A stretch of 64,000 nt of DNA from an uncultured delta proteobacterium (lineage in GTDB: Bacteria; Myxococcota_A; Polyangia; Haliangiales; Haliangiaceae). A program made the translations under genes and the position numbers. Positions within the stretch are counted from its first letter, which is position 1, and each line of letters begins with the position of its first letter. The stretch covers positions 65,763 through 129,762 of the forward strand of contig CAVUQH010000024.1 of assembly GCA_963743525.1 (NCBI GenBank), read 5' to 3'. Under the pieces are notes generated by a model. The model saw nothing but the letters and a program-made list of their open reading frames with translations, ran no database searches and was not told the origin of the DNA. Shown here piece by piece: positions 14,083 through 26,214 of the stretch.

Positions 14083-14424
14083 ATGACGAACCGCAAGACC
14101 AAGCTCATTCTGATGGTGCTGTCGGCGCTCACGGTCCTGGCCATCGCCACCGTCGCCTTCGCCGATGACGGCACCAGCGTCGCAGCCGCCAAGGAGGGCG
14201 CCAAGGGCTGGATCGCGCTCGCCGCCGGCCTGGGCATCGGCATCGCCGCCTTCGGTGGTGGCATGGGCCAGGGCCGCGCCGCCGCCAGCGCGCTGGACGG
14301 CATCGCCCGCAACCCCGGCGCCTCCGGCAAGATCATGACTCCGATGATTCTGGGCCTCGCCCTCATCGAGTCGCTCGTGATCTACGCGCTGGTCATCTCG
14401 TTCATGCTCCTCGGCAAGATCTAA
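14083..14424 (+). CDS. atpE: F0F1 ATP synthase subunit c
   Basis: MTNRKTKLILMVLSALTVLAIATVAFA...GIARNPGASGKIMTPMILGLALIESLVIYALVISFMLL; RBS AAGGGAGA; ATG at 14083. Confidence 0.93.
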   Translation: MTNRKTKLILMVLSALTVLAIATVAFADDGTSVAAAKEGAKGWIALAAGLGIGIAAFGGGMGQGRAAASALDGIARNPGASGKIMTPMILGLALIESLVIYALVISFMLLGKI

Positions 14425-14436
14425 CGAGACGGCGAT

Positions 14437-14482
14437 AGCCAACACGAAACGGAGACGCCCGGGCGGCCAGACGGTCCCCGGG
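14437..14482 (+). terminator. Putative intrinsic terminator after atpE (stem acgcccggg / cccgggcgt)
   Basis: acgcccgggcggccagacggtccccgggcgttctt: 9-bp perfect stem, 13-nt loop, then TCTT. Confidence 0.45.
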
Positions 14483-14502
14483 CGTTCTTGCGTCCGGAGG
14501 AG

Positions 14503-14968
<466 letters not shown>

Positions 14969-15140
14969 GCCATGGGCACGGGGAGCAGGGGGCTCGCGCT
15001 CGTGAGTTTCGATCGTCGCCCAGTGCTCGGCGGCGTCAAGAGTTCGCGCGCGCGTCGCGCGCGCCGCTTCGCGCTCTTGACCCCGCCTGCGCGCTGGGCG
15101 GTGAGGGGTTCCTCACTTTCACGAGTAGGAGGAACTCTCA

Positions 15141-15461
15141 ATGCTACGTATCTATCCGGTCTCCGTGGAGCTGATTCGCGAGGTCAGTCCGCTCATTCAG
15201 CAGATCGAGGTGTTCGATCGAGATCAGGCCAGGCAGCTCAGGCGCTCGATCAAGTCGGTCGCTCTGAACATTGCCGAGGGGTCGGCGGGGCTCGGCGGCA
15301 CGGCGCGGGCGCGGTTCAGCGATGCGCTGGGCTCTGCGAGGGAGTCGCTGGCGAATCTCGACGTTGCCGCCGCTGTTGGCTACGTCGAGCCGATCGGACG
15401 CGAGACCCGGCGCCGCTTCGACCACGTCATCGGCACGCTGGTTCGGCTGGTCCGCCGTTGA
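15141..15461 (+). CDS. Four-helix-bundle protein (TIGR02436 family)
   Basis: MLRIYPVSVELIREVSPLIQQIEVFDRDQARQLRRSIKSVALNIAEGSAG...; RBS AGGAGGA. Confidence 0.8.
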   Translation: MLRIYPVSVELIREVSPLIQQIEVFDRDQARQLRRSIKSVALNIAEGSAGLGGTARARFSDALGSARESLANLDVAAAVGYVEPIGRETRRRFDHVIGTLVRLVRR

Positions 15462-15494
15462 TCGACCGGGGCGGGGGCGACGCTCCCGCCCCTC

Positions 15495-16055
15495 TCAGCG
15501 GTTGCCGACGGAGAAGGCGATGAGGCCGGTGAGGCTGCCCGGTCCGCCGACGAGGACGCCGTAGCGCCACTCGACGGTCAAGAGGAAGCGGCCCATCAGG
15601 TACTGCTCGATGCCGACGCCGATGTACGGACCGACGTAGTTGCGGTCGGAGTCGGGCGGGATGGGCACGTTGGAGCGAAGGATGGTCACGCCGGTGTCCA
15701 TCAGCAGGAAGCGCGGGGTCTCCTGGCCGAGCAGGCGGCGGACGCGCAGGCCGAGGTTCATCTCGAGCAGGCGCAGGGATTCGTTGCTGATGCCCGGGTC
15801 GTTGGCCGCGAAGAAGCCCCACAGCACGTCCCAGCCGATTCCGAACGACCAGTTGCGCTCGGTGCTGGAGCGCTGCCAGCCGGCGCGCATGCCGAGCATG
15901 CCGCCGAGGCCGAACACCTCGCCCAGCTGCCCGGTGCCCTGACGGACGCCGCCGACCGTGCCCAGCTGGCCGGACGGCAAATCGTCGGCGCGCGCCGCGC
16001 CCGGCGCGGCGGCCACAGCGCCGGCCACGACCAGGGCCATGAGCCAGCGGGTCAC
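15495..16055 (-). CDS. Small outer-membrane beta-barrel-like protein with signal peptide
   Basis: MTRWLMALVVAGAVAAAPGAARA signal peptide, then alternating beta-strand pattern, ends ...LIAFSVGNR. Confidence 0.6.
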   Translation of the reverse strand: MTRWLMALVVAGAVAAAPGAARADDLPSGQLGTVGGVRQGTGQLGEVFGLGGMLGMRAGWQRSSTERNWSFGIGWDVLWGFFAANDPGISNESLRLLEMNLGLRVRRLLGQETPRFLLMDTGVTILRSNVPIPPDSDRNYVGPYIGVGIEQYLMGRFLLTVEWRYGVLVGGPGSLTGLIAFSVGNR

Positions 16056-16056
16056 G

Positions 16057-16623
<567 letters not shown>

Positions 16624-16668
16624 ACCCGAACTGCCCGGGGGTGCGCCAATCGGCGGCTTTGCGGCCGC

Positions 16669-17148
16669 CTAGTCGCGGGTCCAGGTGCCGGACTTGCCGC
16701 CCGACTTGCGCTCCAGACGGACATCCGTGATCTGCATGGCCCGATCGGCCGCCTTGCACATGTCGTAAACGGTCAGAGCGGCGACGGAGACCGCTGTCAG
16801 GGCCTCCATCTCGACCCCGGTCCGGTCGTGGGCGCGGACTGTGGCGCGAATGACCACCGAGGGCGGCTCGTCGACCACCTCCAGCTCCAGCTCGACGCCG
16901 GTGATGCGCAGCGGGTGACACAGTGGAATCAGCTCGGCAGTGCGCTTGATCGCCTGGATTCCGGCGATGCGCGCCACCCCGAGGACGTCGCCCTTGCCCA
17001 CCTTGCCGCCGGCGATGAGCCGGGCGGTCTCGGCCGCGCACAGCACCCGGCCGGAGGCGACCGCCTCGCGGCTGGTCTCGGACTTGGCCCCCACCTCGAC
17101 CATGTGCGCCGCGCCGGCGTCGTCGAAGTGGGTCAGCTTCTTGGTCAC
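16669..17148 (-). CDS. moaC: Cyclic pyranopterin monophosphate synthase accessory protein
   Basis: [22 protein letters not shown]...[28 protein letters not shown]... Confidence 0.92.
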   Translation of the reverse strand: MTKKLTHFDDAGAAHMVEVGAKSETSREAVASGRVLCAAETARLIAGGKVGKGDVLGVARIAGIQAIKRTAELIPLCHPLRITGVELELEVVDEPPSVVIRATVRAHDRTGVEMEALTAVSVAALTVYDMCKAADRAMQITDVRLERKSGGKSGTWTRD

Positions 17149-17155
17149 TGGCCGC

Positions 17156-17905
17156 CTACTTCCCCGGCTTGGGGAACTCGAAGCGGATCGTCGTCGGCTC
17201 GGCCGGCGGCAGCTGGACCTCGGTGGTCACGCACTGGAACTTGCTGGTCTTCTTGGCGCTCTTGGTCACGCGCAGACCGCAGGCGCGAAGGGTGTAGGTC
17301 TCGGGCGGCACCGGCTGCATGCGGAAGCACTGGCACGAGGTGCGCTTCCCCTTCTGCATCCCCTTGCCCTTCTCGTAGGCGTGGACCTGGCCGTCCCACG
17401 GCTGGCTGTACGACTTGCCCGGCTCGATGACCAGCCGCTGCTCTCCGGCCTTTTCGGCGGCGGCATCCTTGGGCGCCTCGCACACCGGGCAGCGATCCTC
17501 GTCGCCGGCGTCGCACGACGCGGTGCAGAACTGCGGGAACATGATGATCGGCGTGGCCTTGGGCGGCTTGCCCGAGTAGCCGGAGATCACCAGGCTCCAG
17601 CCCTTGTCGACCGCCAGCTCGAGCGGCTCGTCCGGGTCGGTATTGACCAGCTCGAAGGTGACCAGCGAGGCCGGCGGCGCCGTCTCGCCGGCGCCGGCGT
17701 CGCCGCCAGCGCACGGGTTGCCGGTGTCACCACCGCACGGGTTGGCCTGATCGCCGGCGCCGTTGCCACCGCTCGCGTGATCGTTGCCCGGTCCGGCCGC
17801 GCCCTTGCCGGCGCCACTGCCACCGCTGCAACCCAGGACCATTGCCAGCGCCAGCGAAGCGCCGGCACGCGTCGTAGAGCTCCACATGCTGGTCAGCATG
17901 GTCAT
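17156..17905 (-). CDS. Lipoprotein, cysteine-containing, unknown function
   Basis: [29 protein letters not shown] (lipobox VLGC), 249 aa. Stop lies 5 nt before the moaC start. Confidence 0.7.
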   Translation of the reverse strand: MTMLTSMWSSTTRAGASLALAMVLGCSGGSGAGKGAAGPGNDHASGGNGAGDQANPCGGDTGNPCAGGDAGAGETAPPASLVTFELVNTDPDEPLELAVDKGWSLVISGYSGKPPKATPIIMFPQFCTASCDAGDEDRCPVCEAPKDAAAEKAGEQRLVIEPGKSYSQPWDGQVHAYEKGKGMQKGKRTSCQCFRMQPVPPETYTLRACGLRVTKSAKKTSKFQCVTTEVQLPPAEPTTIRFEFPKPGK

Positions 17906-17910
17906 TAGAT

Positions 17911-19734
<1,824 letters not shown>

Positions 19735-19806
19735 GAGGTCCTCCTGTAGTCCAGACCGCCAGACAACGCGGGCGGAGGGGCAGCGATTCCCGCGCCCCTG
19801 GTAAGC

Positions 19807-20148
19807 CTAGCCCTTCTTGCCAGCCTTGGCCTTGGGCTTGGCCTTGGGCGCGGGCGCGGCCGCCGGGGCGGGCGCGGTCTTGGTCGCCGGAGGCTTGGCG
19901 GCGTCGCCGCCCTCCTCGCTGGGATTCTCTTTCATGTCCGGCGGCATCACCGGCTCGACATCGTCGTCGTCGTCGCTGGGCGCGGCCAGCGGGTCGATCT
20001 TCGGCTGGGTGAGCTCGTCCTCGGTCGGCGCCTTGAACGGCTTGATCGGGCTGTCCACCGGCAGGACGTAGTTGGACGAGCCGCCGCCGCAGGCGGCAAC
20101 CGCCAGCAGGGCAGCACCCAGAAACGAAGAGATCAGTCGAAGGCGCAT
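19807..20148 (-). CDS. Small lipoprotein with Asp-rich stretch and Lys/Pro/Ala-rich histone-H1-like C-terminal tail
   Basis: MRLRLISSFLGAALLAVAACGGGSS (lipobox VAAC) ... APSDDDDDVEP ... APAPAAAPAPKAKPKAKAGKKG; RBS AAGGAAC. Confidence 0.65.
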   Translation of the reverse strand: MRLRLISSFLGAALLAVAACGGGSSNYVLPVDSPIKPFKAPTEDELTQPKIDPLAAPSDDDDDVEPVMPPDMKENPSEEGGDAAKPPATKTAPAPAAAPAPKAKPKAKAGKKG

Positions 20149-20282
20149 CGCTCGGTTCCTTGTTCGTCGAAGAAAACGTAGGCGAGCGCTCAACCTAACA
20201 CCAGCCCGGCCCCGCCGTCTACCGGCTGGGGGAACGGCCTGTTCCCTGTGAAAACGCGACGTTCGTGGACCCGCGAGGCCGC

Positions 20283-21056
20283 TCAAGGGGCCGGCGTGGG
20301 GGAGGCCGGCGGCGGAGGCGGTCGAAGCGGCGTCGCCTGGGCGGCGAGCGCGTCGCAGTAGGCCGCCAGGGTATCCATCGCGTAGCTGCCCGTGCGCACG
20401 CTGTGCGGCACATAGCCCATCTCCAGCACGTCTGCCAGCGCACTGCGCGCAGCCATGGCGCGCGCCTGCGCCACCGCGCGCATCGCCGGGTCACCCATCG
20501 CCGCCGCCGCGGTGTAGCGATCGCGCAGCTCGTTGCTCTGGATCTGGATGTGCTTCAGCCACGCCTGGAAGATCTTCATCGACGCCTTCTTGCGCGCGGA
20601 GCCCTGCGCCGGGAAGTCGATGTTGGTGGGAAACGGCTGCGCCAGCATCGCCTCGACCGCGGCGTCGCCCTGGCGCATCGCCGCGGCGGCGGCGCGCGCG
20701 CCGAGCTTCGACTTCACCGCCGGATCGACGCGGTCGTACAGCGCCAGCGCGCGGGCCAACGCGGTGGCCGCCTTGCGCGCCGCGTGCCGCTTGCGCTGGT
20801 TGCGAATCCGCACGTAGGCGCCGGTGCAATAGTTCGCGCTGGTCGTCTTGGTCCTGGTCACACACAACCCGAGCGCATCGGCGTGGGCGCACGATCGATC
20901 CCACGCCGCGACCGCACCGGAAAGCGCGCGGGCCACGTCGGCCTCGGCGGGCGGCGCCGCCGCCACTTGCTTTGCCGGCTGCGCCCATGCGGGAGCCGCC
21001 ACCACCATCCCCAACGCGACCACCGCCGCGCGCACGATTCTGCTGCTGTCCATCAT
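20283..21056 (-). CDS. Secreted hypothetical protein (signal peptide, 257 aa, Pro-rich C-terminus)
   Basis: MMDSSRIVRAAVVALGMVVAAPAWAQPAKQ...; remainder of ORF 20283..21974 upstream of this looks like high-GC noise. Confidence 0.6.
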   Translation of the reverse strand: MMDSSRIVRAAVVALGMVVAAPAWAQPAKQVAAAPPAEADVARALSGAVAAWDRSCAHADALGLCVTRTKTTSANYCTGAYVRIRNQRKRHAARKAATALARALALYDRVDPAVKSKLGARAAAAAMRQGDAAVEAMLAQPFPTNIDFPAQGSARKKASMKIFQAWLKHIQIQSNELRDRYTAAAAMGDPAMRAVAQARAMAARSALADVLEMGYVPHSVRTGSYAMDTLAAYCDALAAQATPLRPPPPPASPTPAP

Positions 21057-21131
21057 TGCCCCGACACCGTTTGGTAGGCCCGGTTGCAGCTCCGGAGGCC
21101 GCCCCGGCCCCGTGATACCATCAGTTGGCCC

Positions 21132-21698
21132 ATGACCGCGTTCCTCAACGGGTGGGGCTTCACCGTGGCCGCGCTGGTGCTCATCAGCGTGGTCTTTGCC
21201 ATCGGCTTCTTCAGTCTCCGCGGCGAGCTGGCCTACGTGCGCCTGCTCACCGACTACCTCGGCACCGAGCTGGCTGGCGCCGGCGACGAGCCGGCCAAGC
21301 CGGCACCGGGCGCCAGCATCGCGCTGCAGGCGATCCGCGACGAGGCGACCGCCGTGATCACCGCGCGCGATCCGGCGTGGGCGGCCAAGCAGGTGCGCGG
21401 CTGGCTGATGCGCGTCCACCGGCTCGAGCCCGCCCTCGCCTTCTGGGTCGATTTCCTGCGCCAGCTGGGCCTGCTGTTCACCGTGGTCGGCCTGGGCATG
21501 TCGCTGTCGCTGGGCGACGCCAACGTCAGCGAGCTGCTCAAGCCGCTGGGCCTGGCCGTCTGGACCACCGTCGCCGGCCTCGCCTACAGCGTCTGGCTGA
21601 GCGGCCAGTTCACCATGAAGATGGCAGTCTGGGCCGACACCGCCGAGAAGAACATCGAGGCGTGGAACGCGCGCCGCGTGTCGCGCGAGGACGCGTGA
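21132..21698 (+). CDS. MotA/TolQ/ExbB-family proton-channel protein
   Basis: MTAFLNGWGFTVAALVLISVVFAIGFF...FLRQLGLLFTVVGLGMSLSL (TolQ/ExbB-like helix motif). Confidence 0.7.
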   Translation: MTAFLNGWGFTVAALVLISVVFAIGFFSLRGELAYVRLLTDYLGTELAGAGDEPAKPAPGASIALQAIRDEATAVITARDPAWAAKQVRGWLMRVHRLEPALAFWVDFLRQLGLLFTVVGLGMSLSLGDANVSELLKPLGLAVWTTVAGLAYSVWLSGQFTMKMAVWADTAEKNIEAWNARRVSREDA

Positions 21699-21702
21699 TG
21701 CC

Positions 21703-22326
21703 ATGCCGCGCAACCGTCCCATCCAGTACTCGTCGCTGACGTCGCTGCTCGACGTTTTGTTCATCCTGGTGTTCGCGTCGCTGATCCACGCGGCCAGCAA
21801 GGTCGAGGCGTCCCAGCGCGCGCCGCAGCAGAGCCCGCCGGTGGCCGCGGCCGAACTGCCCGACGCCGGCGTACCCGACGCCGCCCCGCCCGACGCCGTG
21901 GTGGCACCGGCGCCTCGCAGCGTCCGCCAGGCAGCAGCCGCCGCCGTCGCCCGCAGCGTCGACACCCGGGCCACGCAGATCGCCCACGTCTCGCCGACCG
22001 GCGTGTTGACCGCCGTCGAACCGGCCGGTCGCCCGTTGACCCTGGTCGGCGCGCCGCTGCTGCAGCGAGTCGACGATCCGGACGTCGGCCTCGTCTACCT
22101 CGGCGACGACAACCCCGCCCTGCGCATCTGCGCCATCGTCGCCGCCGCCCTCGACCGCACCGACCTGGCCCGCGATATCGTCGTCATCGTCCCCGATTCG
22201 TCGATCGATCGGCTGCCGGTGGCGCTGGTCGAAGGCATGCGCCGCGACCTCGAGCGCTGCGCCGCCGACCAGGGCGCCCTCGCCGTGCTGGTCGACCCCG
22301 CCAACCTCGACACCTTCAGCCCGTGA
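21703..22326 (+). CDS. ExbD/TolR-family biopolymer transport protein
   Basis: MPRNRPIQYSSLTSLLDVLFILVFASLIHAAS (ExbD/TolR N-terminal TM signature); ATG 5 nt after the upstream stop. Confidence 0.75.
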   Translation: MPRNRPIQYSSLTSLLDVLFILVFASLIHAASKVEASQRAPQQSPPVAAAELPDAGVPDAAPPDAVVAPAPRSVRQAAAAAVARSVDTRATQIAHVSPTGVLTAVEPAGRPLTLVGAPLLQRVDDPDVGLVYLGDDNPALRICAIVAAALDRTDLARDIVVIVPDSSIDRLPVALVEGMRRDLERCAADQGALAVLVDPANLDTFSP

Positions 22327-22333
22327 GTCCCCC

Positions 22334-22753
22334 ATGCCCAACGCCACATCGCCAAACCAACGAGAGCGCGCCGCCGGCCGCAAGCGCCTGGTCTTCTGGC
22401 TGATCCTTCTCGCCCTGGTCATCGCCGCGATCCTGTTCCTGCGCTGCCGCGGCTCCCTCGGCCTCGGCGGCAGCGGCGACGACACCTCGCGCGAGCAGAA
22501 GCCGACCGGCCAGCCCGCGACCCTCGCCGACACCCCCAGCCCGGCCGACGCTGCCCTGCCCCGCTGCCAGCTCCGCCTCGATGCCAGCGGCCTGACCATC
22601 GCTGGAACGCCCGGTGAAATCGCCGACGCCGTCGCCGCCTGCAAGGCGCCACGCGCCGCCGACCTGGTCGTCACCGGCGACGCCAACTTCGGCGCCGCCC
22701 AGGACCTGGAAGCCGCCCTCAAGACCGCCGGTATCGAGGTCTATCGCAAGTAG
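22334..22753 (+). CDS. ExbD/TolR-family biopolymer transport protein (second copy)
   Basis: RLVFWLILLALVIAAILFL TM; C-terminus ADLVVTGDANFGAAQDLEAALKTAGIEVY. Confidence 0.7.
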   Translation: MPNATSPNQRERAAGRKRLVFWLILLALVIAAILFLRCRGSLGLGGSGDDTSREQKPTGQPATLADTPSPADAALPRCQLRLDASGLTIAGTPGEIADAVAACKAPRAADLVVTGDANFGAAQDLEAALKTAGIEVYRK

Positions 22754-22848
22754 GAGCAGCCCCTGCAGCCCGCTGCCCATCTTGCGTTTTCCCCCGCCGA
22801 ACTCCTTGACACCCCAACACGACCTCGCTAAAAACCAGGACCTCCTCT

Positions 22849-23006
<158 letters not shown>

Positions 23007-23361
23007 GTTGGCCCTGGTCAACTTGCCAGGGTGGCGGCCGTTGAACAGGTCGGAGCCATCGAACACTCCGCTCCAGAGGTCGCCCACGCAGTCGTCATCT
23101 GTGTTGCGGCTGGCAGGAATGCATCGCGCAGGCGCGTCCGGTCCTCGCCGACGATCAGCCGGTTGCGATCGAGTCGGGTTACGACCTCCGGCCTGGAACC
23201 TTCGTAACTGGGCCCGGGGTCCTTCGTCGTCCGGAGGTCGTCGGGTGATTCGCCTCCAATCTCCGCGCGCGCTGGCAAAGGCGAGATTGGCGAGTCGAAT
23301 TCGTCGAGACGGGAAGGGATCTTCCGCTGCTTCACCACGTACCATCAGGTGAGAGTCACCC

Positions 23362-25260
23362 GTGCGTCTGACCGACAAGCGCTATCCCACACCTGCCTCC
23401 AACGCGGACGAACCTGGCACCGAGGCCAGCGTTGCGCCAGGACGGCGGACTCGCACGCAAGCTCGCTACGGCGATGGTCAAAGCGCGATGCCGGTGCAGG
23501 CGAAGTCGGCTCCCGTGCAGATGAAAAAGGGGGGCGGCAAGCACGAACCGCTCGAGAAGGACGAACTGAAAGCGGAGGAGAACAAGGACAAGAAGGAGAA
23601 GGAGCACAAGGGGGGCCTCAAGGGGCGCAAAGAGACCGAGGCCGACCACGTCGTCACCTTGCTCACTGGAGTGCTCCAAGACCTCGAGAAGTCCAAGTCC
23701 CTCGTGTCGATGATTGGAGCTGCGCTCATCCGCACCACGATCAGCGTCATCGGGCTGGGTCAGGTCGCCGTCCATGTCGGCGACTGGAACGAATTCAGTG
23801 CGCTCATCAAGGGGTTGCTGGCGATTGGCGGTCCACGCTTGGTGCAAGACCTGATCGATCTGGAAAGGGAGACGCCGACAAGGGTCTTTACCAGGCAGGT
23901 CAAGAAGCGCTCACCCGAGTCAGTCGTCGCCTGGATGCTGGGACGAAAGCCCGGTCTCATCCCCGAGGGGGAGAAGTCGTTCAAGGACGTCAAGGAACAG
24001 GCGAAGAACTCCGCCAATCCGCTCCGCGCCAAACGCGCGCTGCAGAAGCTCAACGCGCTGCGCGCGGGCGACAAACACGTCCCCAAACGGCTGAACCGGC
24101 CCATCATCAAGTTGCTGGTCTGGGGCGTGGCCACTGCGATGAACAGCAGCGACGAGGGCAAGGAGGGCATCATCGGCATCCATCACGCGGAGAACGCCGC
24201 CAAAGCCCTCATCCACATGCCCCGATCCGCCTACGCACAGATCGTCACCCAGCTGGTCATGAGCGGCGATCCGAAGAACGCCAAGTCTTCGGCACACGTC
24301 GAGAGCATCCTGATCCTCAAGGCCGTGGCAGCTCGCCGCCACGAATTTACGCACGGCAAAGAGAGCGACGCAGGCAAAGAAGTCTCGGACTTTGCCGAAG
24401 AGATCCGCGGCAAGGACGCCGAGCAACTGAAGGAGGACACGTCCACTAGCGCCCACGGCGGCGGCGATGGACTGCAGCAGAAGTTCACGATGAGCTGCGG
24501 TCCCACTTCGATCCAGATCGTGCACGGCGAGTCGGATCCCGTGTTTGCGCTGAAGGTCAGCAAGGACAACAAGCACAACCTCAACTACAAGACCTCGACG
24601 GGCGAGCAGCAGAAGGACTACCTCAACCAGAAACATCTGCCGCGGCTGGTCGAGGCCGCCTGGAAACAATACGGGACCAAGATTCAGGCCCGTGCCAAGT
24701 CCCATCCCGCCGATCTTCCCAAGCTGATCGCCCTGGACAACTGGATCAAAGGTGCCGCGCACGACGCGAGCAAGCTCGCCGGCGGGAAAGCCTGGGCTCA
24801 CAGCGCCGGGTTCTCGGATGACATCCTCGGCGAGTTCAAGAAGTACTACCCGTTCCCCGAGCCGGGCTGGCAGAACAGCGACTTCCAGAACAAGGCAAAC
24901 GCAGAGGTCAAACACCCGGCCAACGCCAAGTTCGATGAGCGCGCGATCCCGCCCAAGTGGAAGTCCATCGCCGGCAAGATGCGACCCATCAGCACCATGA
25001 AGAAGCGGGACACCAACCGGTTGTATCGGGCGCTGTTCGACGGCCGGGACATCCCGATGGGAATCATGTGGTATGACGGTGGCGGTCACTTCATGGTGTT
25101 CACGGACTGCAAGACGAAGACGTCTGGTGGAAAGAAGGTCCGCTACTTCTTGCTCTCGGATCCGTGGGAGGGCAAGTCTGCCTGGATCAGCGAAGAGAAC
25201 GTCCTCAAGGGTGACGTCAGTCCGTTCGGCAAAGGCGCGATTGATTCGATCTATCTCTAA
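23362..25260 (+). CDS. Lys/Glu-rich 632-aa protein with C-terminal papain-fold-like Cys-His-Asp hydrolase domain (C39/transglutaminase-like); putative toxin/effector
   Basis: ...QQKFTMSCGPTSIQIVHGE (Cys379, resembles the C39 DCGxxCL motif) ... MWYDGGGHFMVFTDCK (His576) ... LLSDPWEG (Asp600). Lower GC than surroundings. Confidence 0.5.
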   Translation: MRLTDKRYPTPASNADEPGTEASVAPGRRTRTQARYGDGQSAMPVQAKSAPVQMKKGGGKHEPLEKDELKAEENKDKKEKEHKGGLKGRKETEADHVVTLLTGVLQDLEKSKSLVSMIGAALIRTTISVIGLGQVAVHVGDWNEFSALIKGLLAIGGPRLVQDLIDLERETPTRVFTRQVKKRSPESVVAWMLGRKPGLIPEGEKSFKDVKEQAKNSANPLRAKRALQKLNALRAGDKHVPKRLNRPIIKLLVWGVATAMNSSDEGKEGIIGIHHAENAAKALIHMPRSAYAQIVTQLVMSGDPKNAKSSAHVESILILKAVAARRHEFTHGKESDAGKEVSDFAEEIRGKDAEQLKEDTSTSAHGGGDGLQQKFTMSCGPTSIQIVHGESDPVFALKVSKDNKHNLNYKTSTGEQQKDYLNQKHLPRLVEAAWKQYGTKIQARAKSHPADLPKLIALDNWIKGAAHDASKLAGGKAWAHSAGFSDDILGEFKKYYPFPEPGWQNSDFQNKANAEVKHPANAKFDERAIPPKWKSIAGKMRPISTMKKRDTNRLYRALFDGRDIPMGIMWYDGGGHFMVFTDCKTKTSGGKKVRYFLLSDPWEGKSAWISEENVLKGDVSPFGKGAIDSIYL

Positions 25261-25273
25261 CGTTCCGGTGTCG

Positions 25274-25870
25274 ATGAGGGCCCACGCCATCTTGCTCGCG
25301 CTGGGGCTGATAGGGTCGCTGGCTGGCTCGACAGCTCTTCTGGGCTGCAAGGAGGCGACGAAGTCCCGCAACACCGATGATCCGAAGGTGAAGGCGAGCT
25401 CGAGCGATGGCGCCGTCGCCGCAGCTCCAGCCAAACCGAAGCCGAAGGCGAACAAGCCCATGACGATCCAAGTGCCGGTTACCGCCTCACACAAGACCTG
25501 CTACGATCTGCTCGAGAAAGACGCACCGACGTTGATCTCCGGGTTCAAGAAGGACGCGGTCGACCTGGCCAATGCTCCCGGAAAACCCTGGGAGCGGTTG
25601 GACAAGCTACTCGCCAGGGTCGACGAGCTCTGGGCTGCCTACCTCAATGGGGGTGGCAACCCGCGAGTGACCGAGTCGTCGTGGGTGTGCGCGGTCGGCG
25701 ATCTGGCCGAGGCTCTCGTCACCGCGAGCATCGACGAGCTCGCATCCGCGAGCGAGCCGGAGCGGAAAGAGCGGCTGGATGCCCTCGAGAAGATCGTCAA
25801 CGACCGTCTGCAGAACGCGCCAAACCACACGGGCATGTCGCTAGCGATCATGGCCGCGCGCCACAAATAG
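25274..25870 (+). CDS. Lipoprotein (possible cognate immunity protein)
   Basis: MRAHAILLALGLIGSLAGSTALLGCKE (lipobox LLGC), 198 aa, 11 nt after the upstream stop, lower GC. Confidence 0.65.
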   Translation: MRAHAILLALGLIGSLAGSTALLGCKEATKSRNTDDPKVKASSSDGAVAAAPAKPKPKANKPMTIQVPVTASHKTCYDLLEKDAPTLISGFKKDAVDLANAPGKPWERLDKLLARVDELWAAYLNGGGNPRVTESSWVCAVGDLAEALVTASIDELASASEPERKERLDALEKIVNDRLQNAPNHTGMSLAIMAARHK

Positions 25871-26074
25871 CGCCGCCCCCCCCGCCCGAGCGTGCGGTCC
25901 CGAGCCGGGGTCTTCGTTCCCCGACCGCCGGCCGATGCGAGACCGCCGCGGCGCCGTGCACCGCGAATTTGCGATTCGAAGAGAAGCTGCCCCCGTCGAA
26001 GGACGCATCCGAAGTGCATGACGCCACGCTCGATGAGTGCTCAGGGTCCGCGCGGAGCGCCCTTCGACAGCGCT

Positions 26075-26214
26075 GATCACGCTGCGCGAGCTCGGCGCGG
26101 CTCGGCCTCGTCCGCCAGGCGCGCGTCAAGCTCGCGGGGCTCCGTCAAGCCCGTGAGATCGACGCCCGGCTCGCCGCGCACGAGCTGTTGGCTCGCAGCA
26201 AGGCGCGGTGACCG
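26075..26214 (+). pseudogene. Remnant of the 3' end (~40 codons plus stop) of a paralog of the Ser/Thr-kinase/TPR gene 34439..37528
   Basis: 26096-26214 is ~90% identical to 37405-37525 (…LVRQARVKLAGLRQAREIDARLAAHELLARSKAR* versus …LVREARIKLAGLRQAREIDAWLAAHELLARSMAR*), including 12 nt past the stop. Confidence 0.7.

Noticed and set aside
19735-19806. glmS ribozyme in the glmS leader
   Set aside because: The leader is only ~70 nt, too short for the ~170-nt ribozyme; it contains only a small hairpin plus the RBS.
20283-21974. Full-length 563-aa ORF
   Set aside because: Only the last 257 aa (from MMDSS with signal peptide) look coding. The upstream part overlaps the divergent MotA/ExbD genes in antisense and is Ala/Gly/Arg noise.
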